Assembly: GCF_036321535.1 (NCBI RefSeq) | Contig: NC_087437.1 | Coordinates: 71,240,001 to 71,304,000, forward strand | Length of the DNA stretch: 64,000 nucleotides | Reading direction: 5' to 3' | Source: Camelus dromedarius | Taxonomy: Eukaryota | In this document: positions 41,215-54,947 of the stretch, in pieces | Position numbering within the stretch: position 1 is the stretch's first letter | Layout: each line of letters starts with the position of its first letter | The notes under the pieces: generated by a model | Seen by the model: the letters and a program-made list of their open reading frames with translations, nothing else | Told to the model about the DNA's origin: nothing | Database searches by the model: none | Made by a program: the position numbers and the translations under genes

Positions 41215-42187
41215 GTTTTAAAGATTATGAACAATTTAGCATCCATTTAACAAATACCACTTTCTATTCACATAAAATAGTACAACATAAATAAAAACAA
41301 TTCTATTCAAATTATCACTTTAAAATTACAACCGCCACTAAAAATACAAATCAAAGTTATATATTAAAAAAAAAAAACAAAAAAAAAAACCCAGTTCAGA
41401 CATCATCTCTTAAAAAAACTTCTGATGCTCCTCACCACCAGACCAGGCAGTATCCTGATCTACCAGCACTTACCTCCAGCCCTGCAGCCCCCACTGCACT
41501 GAGGTGATCTCTCCCCCAGGTGAACCCTTCCTGGGCAGACTGGTCTGCCTCTGTATCCCTGGTGCTCAGCTTTAGTGGACACTAAGGAATCCCATAGTTG
41601 TGCTACTTTAAAAGGCCATCGCCTGCCTCCCTACGACAGCAGACACCCTTGCTTCAACATGTGACCCTCCAGAACCAATTTTTCAGGATGTAATGCTAGG
41701 GTATCTTGTCTTCAAATTGAAAAGACCATTGTTGGAGTTGAGGTTACCAGTGGGCCGAGCACCAGGACCTTGATGCTTATAACTGGCACGTGCTGCATGT
41801 GCTTTCCCTGCATCTCTGCCTGGAGGGCTTACACCACTGGAGCCCTTACTCCGCTGTCCTGTCTTGCACACAGGGTGCGGGCTGCCATCAGGTCGCCTGA
41901 GGAGGACATCTCACAGCCTGCACTCAGAGGCACCAGCTGCTCTGCTCAGGTGTCACCTCACAGAGGGCTTCACTGACCACCTGATGGAAAAGATAACCTA
42001 CTAGTCACTCCCATCCTCCTCAGTTGCTCTATCATCTTCATAAAATTACTGTCTGAACCCATATTGTGATTTCCATACCTTTCATATTTTGTTCACATAA
42101 AGATTCCTTCCATAAAGTTTGCAGTGCAGTTCAATGGAAAGTCAGCTTTTCCTTAGCATTTCACATTTTTCCTTCTTATTCTTAAAG

Positions 42188-42332
42188 GAGGATTCTCTGG
42201 ACCACATTTCAGACATGGAAGAAGTTTGCAAAATTTACAAAGGAAGAAAGAGGCAAAGAAGAAAGGCGAGAGCAGCTCCGTAGGAAGGTTGCTGAAATTC
42301 TTCCAGATTTCCGGATGTTCGCACCGCTGTGA
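42188..42332 (+). CDS. CCDC191: CCDC191 last coding exon
   Basis: Acceptor ttcttattcttaaAG. Translates RILWTTFQTWKKFAKFTKEERGKEERREQLRRKVAEILPDFRMFAPL*, with TGA at 42330-42332. Confidence 0.9.
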
Positions 42333-43360
42333 CTCATACAGCAGTCGGGTGCTCGGCCCTTGGGTGGGAGGAGGCCTTGGTGTGCCGGTGAACACGGACC
42401 AGGGCTGCCAACGGGGTCGGCGTCAGTCTGTGTGTCTGTGTGTTATCTCCACCCGCTCACAGACACACATATACCTGGCTTATGTTCTGTCACATACCTC
42501 TTGGATCAGAGAAAGTATTTTGTGACTTTGAACTTCTTGATTTCTCGTGGATTGCTTGTCAGTCCGCTGAAGCATTTACCACAGCGGGACCATCCAAAGG
42601 AACAGTCGAACAGTCTAGAGCTCTGCTGTTCAAATGTATCCTATCCTATCTATTTATAGTATCATAAACTTTAAAAAAGACAAGTGTTTGCTTGCCTGAG
42701 GCTGTGAAGGAAAATGGGTCCTTATAATGTAAGGTGAATTGCTGACAAATGTAATTTTAATTAAATACAAATTAAAAGTAGTGAGTACTTAGAAAAGGAG
42801 GGTCAGCCGTCTAGTACCTTAGCAGCAGCAACAGGCATTCTGCCAGACCCTGTCCCTTTTGCCCACCCTGATGGAAAACCACGGATCAAAAGGTTCTCTA
42901 GGCAGCTGCTGCCAAGGATAGCAGCGTGTCCTGGCTTCAGAGAAGTGGGGGCACCAAAGATACCTCTCTTCAGTGCACTCTGATAAGCAAGAAGGCAGTT
43001 CCAAAAGTTAAAGACTCTATCAAAGCAGCCCAGCAGTTTGTTCACGCTCCTGATTGCAACTTCTAAACAACACACTCGTTCTGTCTTCTAGTCCTCAGCT
43101 CAGTTTGATCTGTTGAGATACTTATCTTGAATTCAAAGAATGTTTTCATCTTCAAAGTGCTGAAGAACATAAAGACTGACAAAACACTCCTGTCAACTGT
43201 CTGAAAGGGTACCTGCTAGAAAAAAATCTTCATTACAAAATACATGTTCATTACAACAAATTCAGGTAGTAGATGCACAGGTAAAATCAGAGTAAAATGA
43301 GATAGTCCCTTGAGCCCCGAGGTAACTACTATTTGGTAAGTTGAAAATTTGAGTTGGTAA

Positions 43361-43388
43361 AATAAAATTGTGTGTGTTGCTCAATAAA
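43361..43388 (+). terminator. Candidate CCDC191 polyadenylation signals (two AATAAA)
   Basis: AATAAA at 43361 and 43383, followed by a GT/T-rich stretch, about 1 kb after the stop codon. Confidence 0.5.
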
Positions 43389-44265
43389 CTGTTATTGTCT
43401 CTTACTCCCTAGAAGGGCTATCTAGCTACAACACTTAGATCTGTTTTCTATGGAAGATGTGCTATGATTTACTCAGATATGAAAGAGCACCCTACACCGA
43501 ACTTGGTTTCTTCCACAATGTCCCTGTCCCCACTCATCTTTTCCTTTGATATGATTATACAGTCATCATCTGAAACCTTTTTAAGACTAATGGCCACTGA
43601 AGAAATGGGACTAAAAGTAGCTCATAGTTAACCTCTTTCCATCTAAATCACTGTTTTTTCTTATCTATAGTACAATTACAGAATATTGGCTGATATTGGC
43701 ACCCAGAAATAAAATACCAATTTTATTTTAATGCCAAGCCTATAGACAAGGAAGGGTGAATTCCTCAAGTAAACCTGCCAGGGGCCTAAATAAATCCCAT
43801 AAAGCTTAAGTTTTTTCTCTCTTCAGCTTTATTTTATTTTTATTTTACCTCAAGCATCAATTAGAAATTGAGTCTTCAGCAGCCCACATTCTGATTGGGC
43901 CAGCGAGGACATTTTATCTACTTTTACAACCTTCTAAAGAGATGCAGGAAAATAACTTAGAAAATGACCTACTTAGTAAATAACTTAATAAATGACCTAT
44001 GTTTCTTGCTGCACTATCTTAAAAGATATGGTTTAAAATGGTACTGCTAATGAAATGCCCAAGTAGGCAGTATTCCTGGCCTACAGAACTGGAACGGTAA
44101 CCATGAGGAAAACAGTAGCTCAGGGGTAGGGACACTCTAAATCCATAGGATGGGGACATCCAGGTTGCCAAAGAGGCAGCCCAGCCCTAAAGCAGGCTTT
44201 TCTTAAAGCTGAAGAGTTCAGGAGACACACCAAGAAACATCAACTCTTTTCCTTAAAGAAAGCAC

Positions 44266-44271
44266 TTTATT
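44266..44271 (-). terminator. Candidate ZDHHC23 polyadenylation signal
   Basis: AATAAA on - followed by a GU-rich downstream element (ttgatgtttcttggtgtgtc). Implies a 3'UTR of about 4.3 kb. Confidence 0.5.
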
Positions 44272-47200
44272 TTCCATTTAAACAACTTGGTCACAGTACA
44301 TTATTTCACATAAATGGCAGTAATTTTTTAAATCTCCATATAAAAGGCCTTGTGTCTGAGTCTGAGGTGATAAGAGGATACGATCACAAGTACAAAACAG
44401 TGCAAAATGTTCAGCCCACGGCCTCCAGAGCTGGCTTCGGAAATCCCCTTTAACGGTGCTGAGCCAGTTACATTAAATATGAACTCTAACACGGAATTTA
44501 ACATTCCATAAATTTTCCTGGCTTTCCTTTAGTCTGTCAGACCCAGAAGTGTGATCAAATGAAAAGGCTCCGAAGCCCTAACAACTCAAACCATCACATC
44601 ACTCAGACCACAGGACGACAAGCTGAGCCTGCCAGCTGTGTAACGTGGCATCTGGTCAGGGGCATCGTCTGAAGAAACAGAGTTTTAGTTGCATCGATAA
44701 CTGAAACAGACTAGCTCTAGTTTTAAAGCTCTGCTGTGAAAGAATGAATTTTCTAAAAGTGAAAGGCGCCATCAGGGAGGCTACAGTCGTAAAAAGTCAC
44801 AAGCCCAGCTCAGCAATAGTCACAGCCTCTGAGGAAATCTGTCTCCGTGAACTATCCCGTCTTTGGCCTGCTGCTGCTGCTACTACAACGAAACACTTGG
44901 GGAAGTGGGGATAACTGTCCATTAGAAACAGGACTAAATGTAGCTGATTTTGCAGAAGAAGTTTATATGAATCACAACAGATATCCACAAGAACGTAACG
45001 AATTTTACTCCGCATTCAGTGAAGCACAGCTCACTCTCACCCCGCATCACCTTTGCAATGTCTCAGACAAAATGGCACACCCGCCAAGCTGCTGCTGAGA
45101 AAACCAGATTCCAAATGGGCGCCTCAAACAAAAGTCTCCATTATGCATTTCTTCTTTGAGAAAATTCTCCTTTTTAAAATGCAGTGTACCAAAATGTGGC
45201 TAAAATGAAGCTGTCAGTATAAACCTACCTAATTTAAAGAGATCCTTAAACCTCACAAAACATTAATTTTTCAACATCCTGGTTAAAGCTGTGCTTCTAG
45301 ATACTCTTATTTTTGCTTCTATTAGTTGTTTTATAATAAAAAGCTGATGTCCTACCCAAAGGAAATAGTCTATTAAGCAGATGGTCACTATTACAGAGAA
45401 CCTTACCAGCATTGTTTTCTGGCAGTGGAAGATTCTAGTATAGAAAATTTTCTCTTGCCAAAAATTTTAGAAATACCAAGGACTATTGCATAAGAGAAAG
45501 TTTGTAGCAGTCTTTCTGCTAGGCAGATGGTGCAGTGGAAGACAACATGACTTCATCCACCAAAGGAAGCCACCAGTACTTGGGAAGCAGAGACTGACAG
45601 TCTCGTAAACACAGACACACAGGTGCCTGACATGAGCAGCCCAGGGCCCTAAAACACACTTATGGCTTGACTTCAGCAGCATCAAGATACCTATCAAAGA
45701 GGCACTGTTAATGATGGTCAGTTCACTTCAGATGGGCCCAGCTGGAGCCACAAAGTACTCTTTGAGCATCATAACATTTCTAAATATTGAAGGATTTTCT
45801 CCCTTTGTGCAATCCTGATCCTTAACTATTTCAACCTCAAATCTTCCAAATGGACTCGTTTCTCTTCCCCAGGAATAGTACATGGCCTGAGAGTAATGTA
45901 AGTGGTCAGAATATAGTAGATCATTTACTGAACTCCACATCCAGTATGTTTATTAACAGAGGCTGAGGATGCGGGGTGAAAGGAGGGAACCCACTTGTTT
46001 GAAATATGTTGGGGGGTGCTGCTCCTATGGCCAAGACACTGCTGGTTATAGGTCTGGAGGGCAATTCCCCACGGCCACCACCACCCCATGTGTCTCTGGG
46101 ACTCACTCATTCAGAGGCCTTGTCCTTTAAAAGGACAAAAATCCCTCTAACAGTTCCAGATCATACAAAGGCTTAAAAGTCCAGGAGCACCGACCAAGGA
46201 AGTCCCCGAGTCTACAGAAACAGCTCACAGATTGCCCCTTGTTTGCTGCTCCTTTTGGTACAAATACTTCAATAGGCTTTTACGTCTACAAACCCACTGA
46301 GCTTTTCAAAGGCTTGAGCTTTCTTCTGTAAGCTGCCAATCATGAAGTTCTCAAGGAACTTCAAACAAGCACCTTAACTCCAAGTCAGAATAATACACAG
46401 GGAGTCCTCATCTGAGTGAGTTGCCCCATCCCGGTAACCCCGTTAGGGGTGGTGGTTATAAAAGTGGTATCATTCCTAATTCCGCCAAATGGCTGGTCTC
46501 CTGGGTGCTCTTCATCGTCAGCACACCACATTTTGATTGTTAAATATCTAGCAAGAGGCCAAAATTGCTGACTATATTAATTTGAATTTCATTATCAATC
46601 ACTAGACAATCAGATTTGGCTATACATCTGGCACTCAAGAGACTACAAGCAGAGATTTCAGGCCATGTGTGCTGTCTTTGACATTACTGCCCTCTCTCTT
46701 ATCTCAAACCTATATGGAAAGGAATTAGTTTTATCAGCTCCAATGTTAATTCCAAATGAATGCTTGATTCTGGGCCAGAGATAGGGCATCACCGTACAGT
46801 AAACCACAGACTCAGCTAACATCCCCACACGTGCTCTTTGGCTCATCCCTGTGGAATACAGAGCCTCTCGTTCGTTAAACAATCCGTCTCTGGGGAGACC
46901 AACGACAAGCTTGCATAGCGACGTGGTGCCTGGCTTAAGGAAAGCCCGATAAACGGCAGGGCTAGGGATGGTGCTGCAGAGGGTAGAGTCGTAGAAGTAG
47001 CAATATTTTTTCTCAACCTTTATAAAACTCTTGCTACAGCAGCATGCACAGAAAGACTGAAAAAGCTGGCAATATTTCCCCCATATTAAGCTATAAGCTA
47101 AGGCAAATGTAATGGCTCATGAATTCTTTGAGGTTCCAAAAAAACGTGCATGTACAGAACCAAATATTCCAAGAGGGTTTGCTCCCCATCTGAAACTGCC

Positions 47201-48597
47201 TCATCTTAATTCGGTGGTAGCACAGACCCACTCTAAATATTTAATCCTTTACACGTTTTTCCTTTTGAGTTATGATTAAAGAAACAAGTCAGGAAGAGCT
47301 AAGGAAGAACAGTAATCCATTAATTAGTGGAAACCATATATGCCCTGTTTCTTCTCTCCTAGTGAGATACTTGTATCTCGAGAAAGGTATATGAGAAGTC
47401 ATGTGCAAGTTAAGTGGGAAGGCGTCCATCAGCCCCTCAAAGAAGAGTTCAGGCCAGAATAACGTGAACACCAGAAGGCTGGGTTTTGCTATATTACTGG
47501 TTAGCGCTATTACTGACAGTGTCTGAATTACTTACATGAACAAAAAAGTCAAGCCCTTGATATTAACCAGCCACCCTGCCCAGGAAAGAGTCAAATGTTC
47601 CCCACAGGAGTGTCTGTTCTCACCCAGCCATCGTCACAAGTGTGCTAGCACCTGACCAGGCAAAACAAGGAAAAGGAAAAAACACTGATGCCTAGTGGAG
47701 TTACTCAGAGTAAATCCAAACAGAATACATACAGAAGACGTAAGATAAATGTAAGAACTCATCACCTAAACTCATGACCACTCACTGTACATTATACTAG
47801 CAATAATTATAATTATTATCAACTGTCCTTCCAAGATGAGACAACAGCGTAAATCCACCTGGTCATCTTCTACCCTCTTTGAGTAGTTAATGTCTAATAC
47901 TTCAGAAACAGAAGTTCCCAGAACTGTACAACATGGTGTTTGGGGATTTTTTTTCACTGAAATGCTGAAAATGGATTACTCTAATAATATTGGCTTCAAT
48001 GTTCTGGCCTACAAACATTTTTTCCAGTCTTACGATTCTCCTAATAGTACTCACGCCTCTCTGGTGCTTTAGTCGTTTTTCAGTGCTTTCCACACACCTC
48101 ATCCCTCACGTGACCCTCACGTAACCCCCCTACCCCCAGCCAGTCCGTGAGGTACCAGGGCAGGCATCAGAACCCCATGTGACAGATAAACCTGAGACTT
48201 GGGGAAGTGATTCGACTAAGGGTCACATGGCTATTAGGAATTGAAAGAGACTAGAACCACCCTAATGCAAAGCTCCCTCCCCCCTGCATACTAATGGATG
48301 GGAACTGCTTCTATCAATTTGTGCATCAGCAATCCACACCCTTTCAACTTCCGGTGACTGAGTTAGTTAATAAGGTGACTGGAAAGGAATGGCTCTACTT
48401 TTACTGCTTCGATATAAAAATCCCTTAAGTTGTGAAGTCAGAAAAATTAATTTCTTCCCAGTCCAGTGTCTAAACCTGAGCATGGCCCTAAATGCCTTTA
48501 AGAAACTGGGGATAAACGCGAGCATCCTGCATGTACTGAAGTGCACGATGCAAGGGAGCAGAGCGGGGAGCCACCCCGGAGCCGCACGGAAGGCACT

Positions 48598-48865
48598 TCA
48601 GACAATGTCCTCAGCAGGGTGGTGGAAGGGGTGTGTGCCCAGGGTGGAGAACTGGTGCCAGTTCCGCAGGAAGCCCCGACTGTACTGGCCTGTGTCCACG
48701 ACGAGCCCGCAGAGTAGCCGGCGCCCCGTCTTCTGCCGAAGGGCCTGCTGCACTTCCCTCTCGGTCACATTGTAGCTGATGTTTATCAGCTGGATCAGGA
48801 AGATGTAGGCCATGCCCGCTGTGATGATCACAGAGTACCACACGCAGGTGAAGCACAGAGCCGAG
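48598..48865 (-). CDS. ZDHHC23: ZDHHC23 last coding exon
   Basis: Acceptor cttcccgctcttAG. Translates (S)SALCFTCVWYSVIITAGMAYIFLIQLINISYNVTEREVQQALRQKTGRRLLCG...HHPAEDIV*. Confidence 0.95.
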
Positions 48866-50717
48866 CTAAGAGCGGGAAGAGGCGGGTCAGGGCTGCCCAC
48901 TTCACAGGCAGGGAGCTGTCCCCGTTGTGACATTGCACACATGCAGGACTTACTCCTAAGGCCTCTGGCGCCTTCCCCTCACCCCAACTGGAAGATACTT
49001 TTCTATCCCCGCAACACCAACAGCCTGCTTAACTCAAGACTGCTAACATGCTCTGTTTTATAATTACTGGGGACTCTCTTTCTAGTAGGTGATACTAAAC
49101 AACGACTGTTTGCATTTTGCATCCCCCACACACCCAACAAAGTGCCTGCCATCACAGCATTCAAAATGTGTTTGTTAAGTGAATAATCCCTCAATTATTC
49201 TTAACTCAGAAGAAAAGGCAGGCACCATGAGATTGCTATAAACGTCCTCAAGGAAGCTGGGAGTGCGAACCCAGGAACAGCGCGGAGCCGCACATCTCCA
49301 TTCTTTTCGGTGCGATGCTGGTGGACGCAGGTAGGACCACTGCCCGCACCAGCTGCCCTCCTCTCGGCGGCTCTGGAGGAGCCCCTGCCCAGTTCAAATC
49401 CTGCTTCCTAAACCCACACAGGATCACATGGGACAAGAAAGTCCGCCAGCTTATTAATAAGACGGTGAGAGGCTGCCTGTTCCTGTCCGCCAATTGATTA
49501 TTTTCAGTGTTTGTAAATGAGATAGCAGAAAATAAATTCAGAGTCCTCACTTGTTAAGCTGAAAGGGACCTCAAAGATGATTAAACCACCACAGTTAAGG
49601 CCCCACAAGGAGACAAGAATTGCCTGCCCACAGCAGTGAGAGCCAGTGGCAAGACTACGTTCCTCATTTCGTTTACGTGGCCCACAGAAAGTCTAGAAAA
49701 CTCGTGCTTACAAACAGACACGCTCTGCTCTAGGACACTTATCACAACCCACTAAGAGTAGTTACTTAAGTATTTTACAACCTGTGAGACTCAGCACCGA
49801 GGAGAAAGGACCTTAACCTCAGGAGGAGGGCCCATCTATTCCAGTGCCAAGAATGTCTAGATCTTTAATGGTGACTCGTAAAAAGAAGTGCCTGCACTGA
49901 AAACAGTGAGAAGAAAGTAAAAGACCTTGGGGGCAGAGCTGCCCCAGCTCAGACAGGGGACCAGAGCCCCACAGGGCACCCGTGTCAGGAAACTGCTGGA
50001 GGGGGTGAAACAAAGAACATAGGTGGGGGGGGGGGCTGTGGCTTTAGGGGAGGGGGAGGCTGGGCCAAAGCTAAAAAATTCCAGCTTCTGCTAAAGCACG
50101 GAGATCTTCACGCTATATAAATGTGCCCCAACCTAAACACACTGAAGGAAATTTTGACCTAGATACCACAGTAATCATGAGTGGTGATTTTTAAAAAAAA
50201 AAAGTAGAACAGGAGAAACCAATGGAGGTTAAATAGAAAAGAAAGGTCACAGAGATTGTGAGCACTTCACAAAAGCGTCAGAAGCAGTAAATCAAGATTG
50301 GGCTAAAAAGCACCAGGAAGCAGCAGTCAAGTGAGGAGTTCCCTGATATTCATGACAAAAGAGACCCTGTACAACACAGAGACTGGACACTGCTACTTCA
50401 GTTATCATCTCAGGTCCGCCGTCACTACCTCGGGCATGCCAGGGGTCATTTGACTCTGCAGACCCTGAGTCAGTCTCGTCCTATGTGGAGAGCACTAGTT
50501 CCTCACTTTCTAAGGTCAACATTCCTTCTGACATCCCCCTAGAAAAATGCTCATGTCCGCCACACAACGGTGCTGGCAATTTCAGGGATACCCAGCATCC
50601 CAGAGCTGCTCTGTTCTGGGTGAAAACGCCCCACCTAGCAGCAAATCACAGCCCTGTACTTCACGGCAAATCCACTCCCTCCTCCGGGGGCCCCTGTGCA
50701 TGGTATCCATGTCTCAC

Positions 50718-50885
50718 CTGTAATTTGCATAAACTCCAGGGCAATAGAAGAGAGCTGTGAAGACACTTCTGTCTCTACAAATGGTGTCCAAGGTCAGTGT
50801 TATCCCGTACATCGAGGTGAGCAGGAAGATCAAAAGGGCAAGTATAAATGCTTGATGATTTGATTCTCCGACACAGCTATTTATC
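50718..50885 (-). CDS. ZDHHC23: ZDHHC23 coding exon
   Basis: Acceptor gctgttttgAG and donor GTgaga. Translates (W)INSCVGESNHQAFILALLIFLLTS...YCPGVYANY, the second half of the DHHC cysteine-rich domain. Confidence 0.95.
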
Positions 50886-51531
50886 CTCAAAACAGCACAG
50901 GGGGGAGAAAAGCAAACATGTTTTAAGAAGTTCTCTGTATAATTCACTTATAAACAAGAAAGCTTTTAAAACAGGGATAATGTGAATTTCAGTTATTAAA
51001 AAGTAAGTTTTCTTGTTTTTCAATTTTAGGGAATTAAAAACCTGTCTGCTGAGAGATACAGTCTTCTATTCTCTGCTCTTTGCAGAGGGAAATCTATCAT
51101 TAGTTAAAGGACAAGCACAGGACGCCCCAGTGGGCAGAGACCAGCTCACAGGTGAGGCTGTCAGGCCCTCTGCAAACCAGCAGTTGTAAACGGGCCCCCA
51201 CCACCACCACCATCCCGCATGCACACAAACACAGGCACACACAGGCAACTCATGAGGATAAATGAAGACAGAGACGAGGAAAACCTAAGAATGAAAACAC
51301 CTGTTTACTCCTAAAGACAAAGCCCCAGAAAAGAGCTGTCCCTGGGTCCTGTGCCCTCCTGGCTGTCTGCACCCTTACCCTGCCCCACATCCCTTTCTGA
51401 GGAGACCAGAATCCTAGACATAAAAAGCATAATTCACTGACCACAAACACCTCAAGAGTGATAAAGTTGCAAACAGCTACTTAAAGCATTCACATCTGAA
51501 TTAATCACACCCCTTTAAGATTGATGCAGTT

Positions 51532-51670
51532 GGGGGAATGGTATAGCTCAGTGGTAGAATGTGTGTTTGGCAAGCATGAGGTCCTGGGTTCAATCCCCAG
51601 TACCTCCATTAAAATAAATAAATAAACCTAATTTCCTCCTCACTTCCCCCTCAACAAAAATAAAAAACAA
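51532..51670 (+). mobile_element. tRNA-derived SINE (camelid Vic-1-like)
   Basis: gtatagctcagtggtaga (A box), ggttcaatccccag (B box), (taaa)n and an A-rich tail. Confidence 0.88.
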
Positions 51671-52288
51671 ATGGCATGATTTGTGCAGTAAAGCTACAAC
51701 ATTTTCTTTAAAAGTTGTACTGCACATCTTAGGGGCATCACGTGTCCTTATCTGTCACTGGCCAGCAGGGAGGTACCAAAAAAGCCCAGCTCTCCACAAA
51801 TAACCAAATAGGGACTTATCTGGCAAGGCCTTCACTCAATAAGGTAGACTAGAAATCCCTGGTAGCATCAAAATGATGAGGGATGTATACATCGTCAGAG
51901 GACAAGAGTCACTTAAAAATACAGGAAAACACTTCCTTGATCTCTGTGAGCACGGGGACATACACCTATACCAATTCCGAAAAACAATTTGTAAAACAAA
52001 TCTTTCAACTGTAGATACTCCTCTCAGAAAGGAGAAGAAAAACGAGGGGCAGCTCAAAAGAGAAAGCAAAAGGGGGAAAAAAAACCTCAGGAAATGACTG
52101 AAAAGAACTAAATTTGTGAAACTTGAAAAACTGATGACTAAGTGGGAACATCAGAACAGCCCACAAATATCCGCAAGGTGTAAAGCTGGGAAGGAGAGAG
52201 ACTTGAGGACGGCACAAAGGGAGATCAAGCCCGGCCAGAATCTCATGTGAATGTACCCTCCGCAAGCCTCCAGATTTCTCCAACATAC

Positions 52289-52999
52289 CAGACACAGTGG
52301 TGATCCATCCTCTTCACACAGACGCCGCAGATCCGGCAGTGCCACGCCCGGGCCGGCCGCACCAGCTGGCACCTGGCACACCAGTCCTCCTTCACCTTGG
52401 TGGGGCTGCCAGCCGCCGTCCTGCAGGAACCCTTGGCCTCGTCCTTGGGCGTGCGGTTGTTGAGACCGCCCGACAGATCCGCACCAGGGAACCCTTTGGT
52501 CTTGTCCGGCCCTTTTCTGATCAGGCACTCAGTCTGGCTGCCGCTTGGAGACCTGTCATTGCTCGCTGGGTTTCTGAGGTAGCCTGGATTGCCCTTGGCT
52601 CTGTACAAGGCGAGGAGTATCAGAAATAACCCGCAGGTCAGGAGAGCCAGCCGGGTGGGCCCCACACGCCCTTTGGGGACCACTTCCTGCAGGAAGACGT
52701 AGTACATGTAGCCCAGAGAGAAGAGTCCGAGGCTCAGGAAAAACAGAGTCTGTTCTTTCCTTCTGTGAGTGAGGTAGTAGTACCACAGAGCCAGCACAGG
52801 GAGGGAGGTCAAAACCACCACCCCCAGGAGGAAGTGCCAGGAAGCCACGCGGAGGAAGACAGGCAGCAGGAAGAGTGGGGGGAGGATGCTAATGTTAACT
52901 TTTCTGGCTCCCCTGAGCCAAGGAATTCGGAGGCGGTCAGAGATCGTATCCATGATTCTTTCACAGGTCTCTGGCCCCACGGACTTACATGTGATCCAT
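52289..52999 (-). CDS. ZDHHC23: ZDHHC23 coding exon containing the DHHC motif
   Basis: Acceptor tttctgaatAG and donor GTatgt, 711 nt. Translates [17 protein letters not shown]...[31 protein letters not shown]. Confidence 0.97.
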
Positions 53000-54947
53000 C
53001 TATTCAGAAAGAGCACAAAGAGAAGGCGCTTCACATGGGTTTGCTGAATTAAAAACCACTCAACACTGTAGGCCAAACAGCAGATAACTGATAAAGGAGC
53101 CAAAGGCCAAGCATTCTACCTCCTTACTACTAACCATGAGTTTTTCAGATTCATGTATCACTTTCTAAAATGAATGAGAAAATAATGCTTAGGTATTTAA
53201 CAGTTAAAACCACTTCTCCATGAAACAAATACATAGGAATACATACATATTCCATACAAGCACTGTTCAGACTCGGGTGGGTGTAGAGACATAAAAATCC
53301 CAAATTTACAATCTAGCTGTGAAAACAACACAGGAATTCAAGAAATGTTAGATAAGTGACAGCAGCAAAATTGCCCAATGAACTATTACATTCAGACAGT
53401 GTGCCTGGAGGAGAGGAAACACTTCTGGGTAGAGTCATCAGAGGCGTGGGGAAGGTGGGATCTGTGCTCGATTTTGACTGCCAGCCAGTTATCTATACAG
53501 GTGGAGAGGGGGCAGGGAGGCGTTCCAGTGGAGAGAGGTGTGTGCAGCTCAAAACCTGTCCTGGGCCCAGGGAGCAAACCAGTTCCGTAGGGCACAGGTC
53601 TACATAAGGAAGAGTCGAATGAGCGAGCTTGGTGACAGGTGGTACTGACTTTTTTGCACACTTGGGCTAGCAGGGAAAGGAACAGTTTAAGGAATGATAA
53701 CGTTGATTTTAGAAATTTAGAACTTTAAAAAATAGGGCTAGATTTGGATGTGAATGGAAGACATATAGAACACAGGGTCTGTGGAAATTCTGGAAGCTTA
53801 TCTCCAGAGAAGGGTATGGAGAGAAGAGAACTCAGGGACAGCTAAGGACTCAAGGGCTGGGAGGGAGGAAGAGCCAGGTTAATGGAAGAGCTGCAGACTT
53901 GAGTGATAGAGATTATGGAAAAGGCATTATTTCTGCATTTAGAGCAAAGTGCTCCATTTTTTCAGTATGGATTTCAGACTAAGTTTAAAGAACCCATGTT
54001 TAAAGACACCCGTAAGAAAGACAATAGACACTGTTAAGGAAGAATCACAAAGGGATTATGGGCACTAGACTACAGAAGTCTACAAGAATGTTTCTCATGG
54101 CGAGATTAACCCACTAAGCTCTAAATCAGCGATTTGCCATTGCAATGATTTTTTTCAACCAGAAGTAATTATTAATGGGGAAAGCAAGTTTCCCCCATTC
54201 TTTTTCTCCCCACATTATGCTTTCCATGTGATAAAAAGTTTTAAATATATAATTATCTAGAAGATGGATAAAAACCAGATTATTACCATTTGGTACAAAG
54301 TTTTTTCAGAGATGTTAAAAAATTACCTTTTTGGATAACAATTTCCAACACGAGATAATGGAGAAAATAAGAGCCAAATACGATAGGATCAATCAAGACA
54401 GTATTGCTGCTCATGTTGAAAACAGCCAGTCCAGGGGAGGGACATACCTTCTGGTTGCACTTCCTCCCCAGAAACAAGGAGTGAGACTGATTCCAACAGC
54501 ATGAAAATGATCTTTAAACCCTCAAGGCCTTTTTCGGCCAAGTGCAATCTGGGCCCAAGGTGTCAGTCTCTGAATGCAGAGAACACTGAGAATGTAGGAA
54601 CTTTCCAGTACTAATGTGTTCATTTTAAACTTACAGATTCTGTTGGCCTGCATTTTTCATACATTTATCTTGTCTACTGTCCCTTTATCCGCCCATTCTC
54701 TCCATCATCTTCTCCCTTTAAATGAAAACTAATAATGTCTTAGTAAACTGAGCTGAACAATTACTCAGAGCACTACTGAGTGATAATGTATCTTTTAAAA
54801 ATTCTCACACTTGACACTCTCAACTGTAGATAACTGGAAACAGGATGAAGAGCAAATTCCAATGCTGCGGATGGCCAAGCCGAAAGTATACGCGGTAGTT
54901 CTCAAAAGGGCCAGTGGGGTCAGCATCAAGAAACACTCTGCTCTTAC

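Noticed and set aside
51532..51605. tRNA-like sequence (also at 15.9 and 17.05 kb)
   Set aside because: Degenerate stems and SINE tails show these are SINE heads, not tRNA genes.
53000..53103. N-terminal extension of the 286-aa ORF
   Set aside because: Intronic sequence upstream of the ZDHHC23 acceptor; the true N-terminus comes from the 54948-55090 exon.
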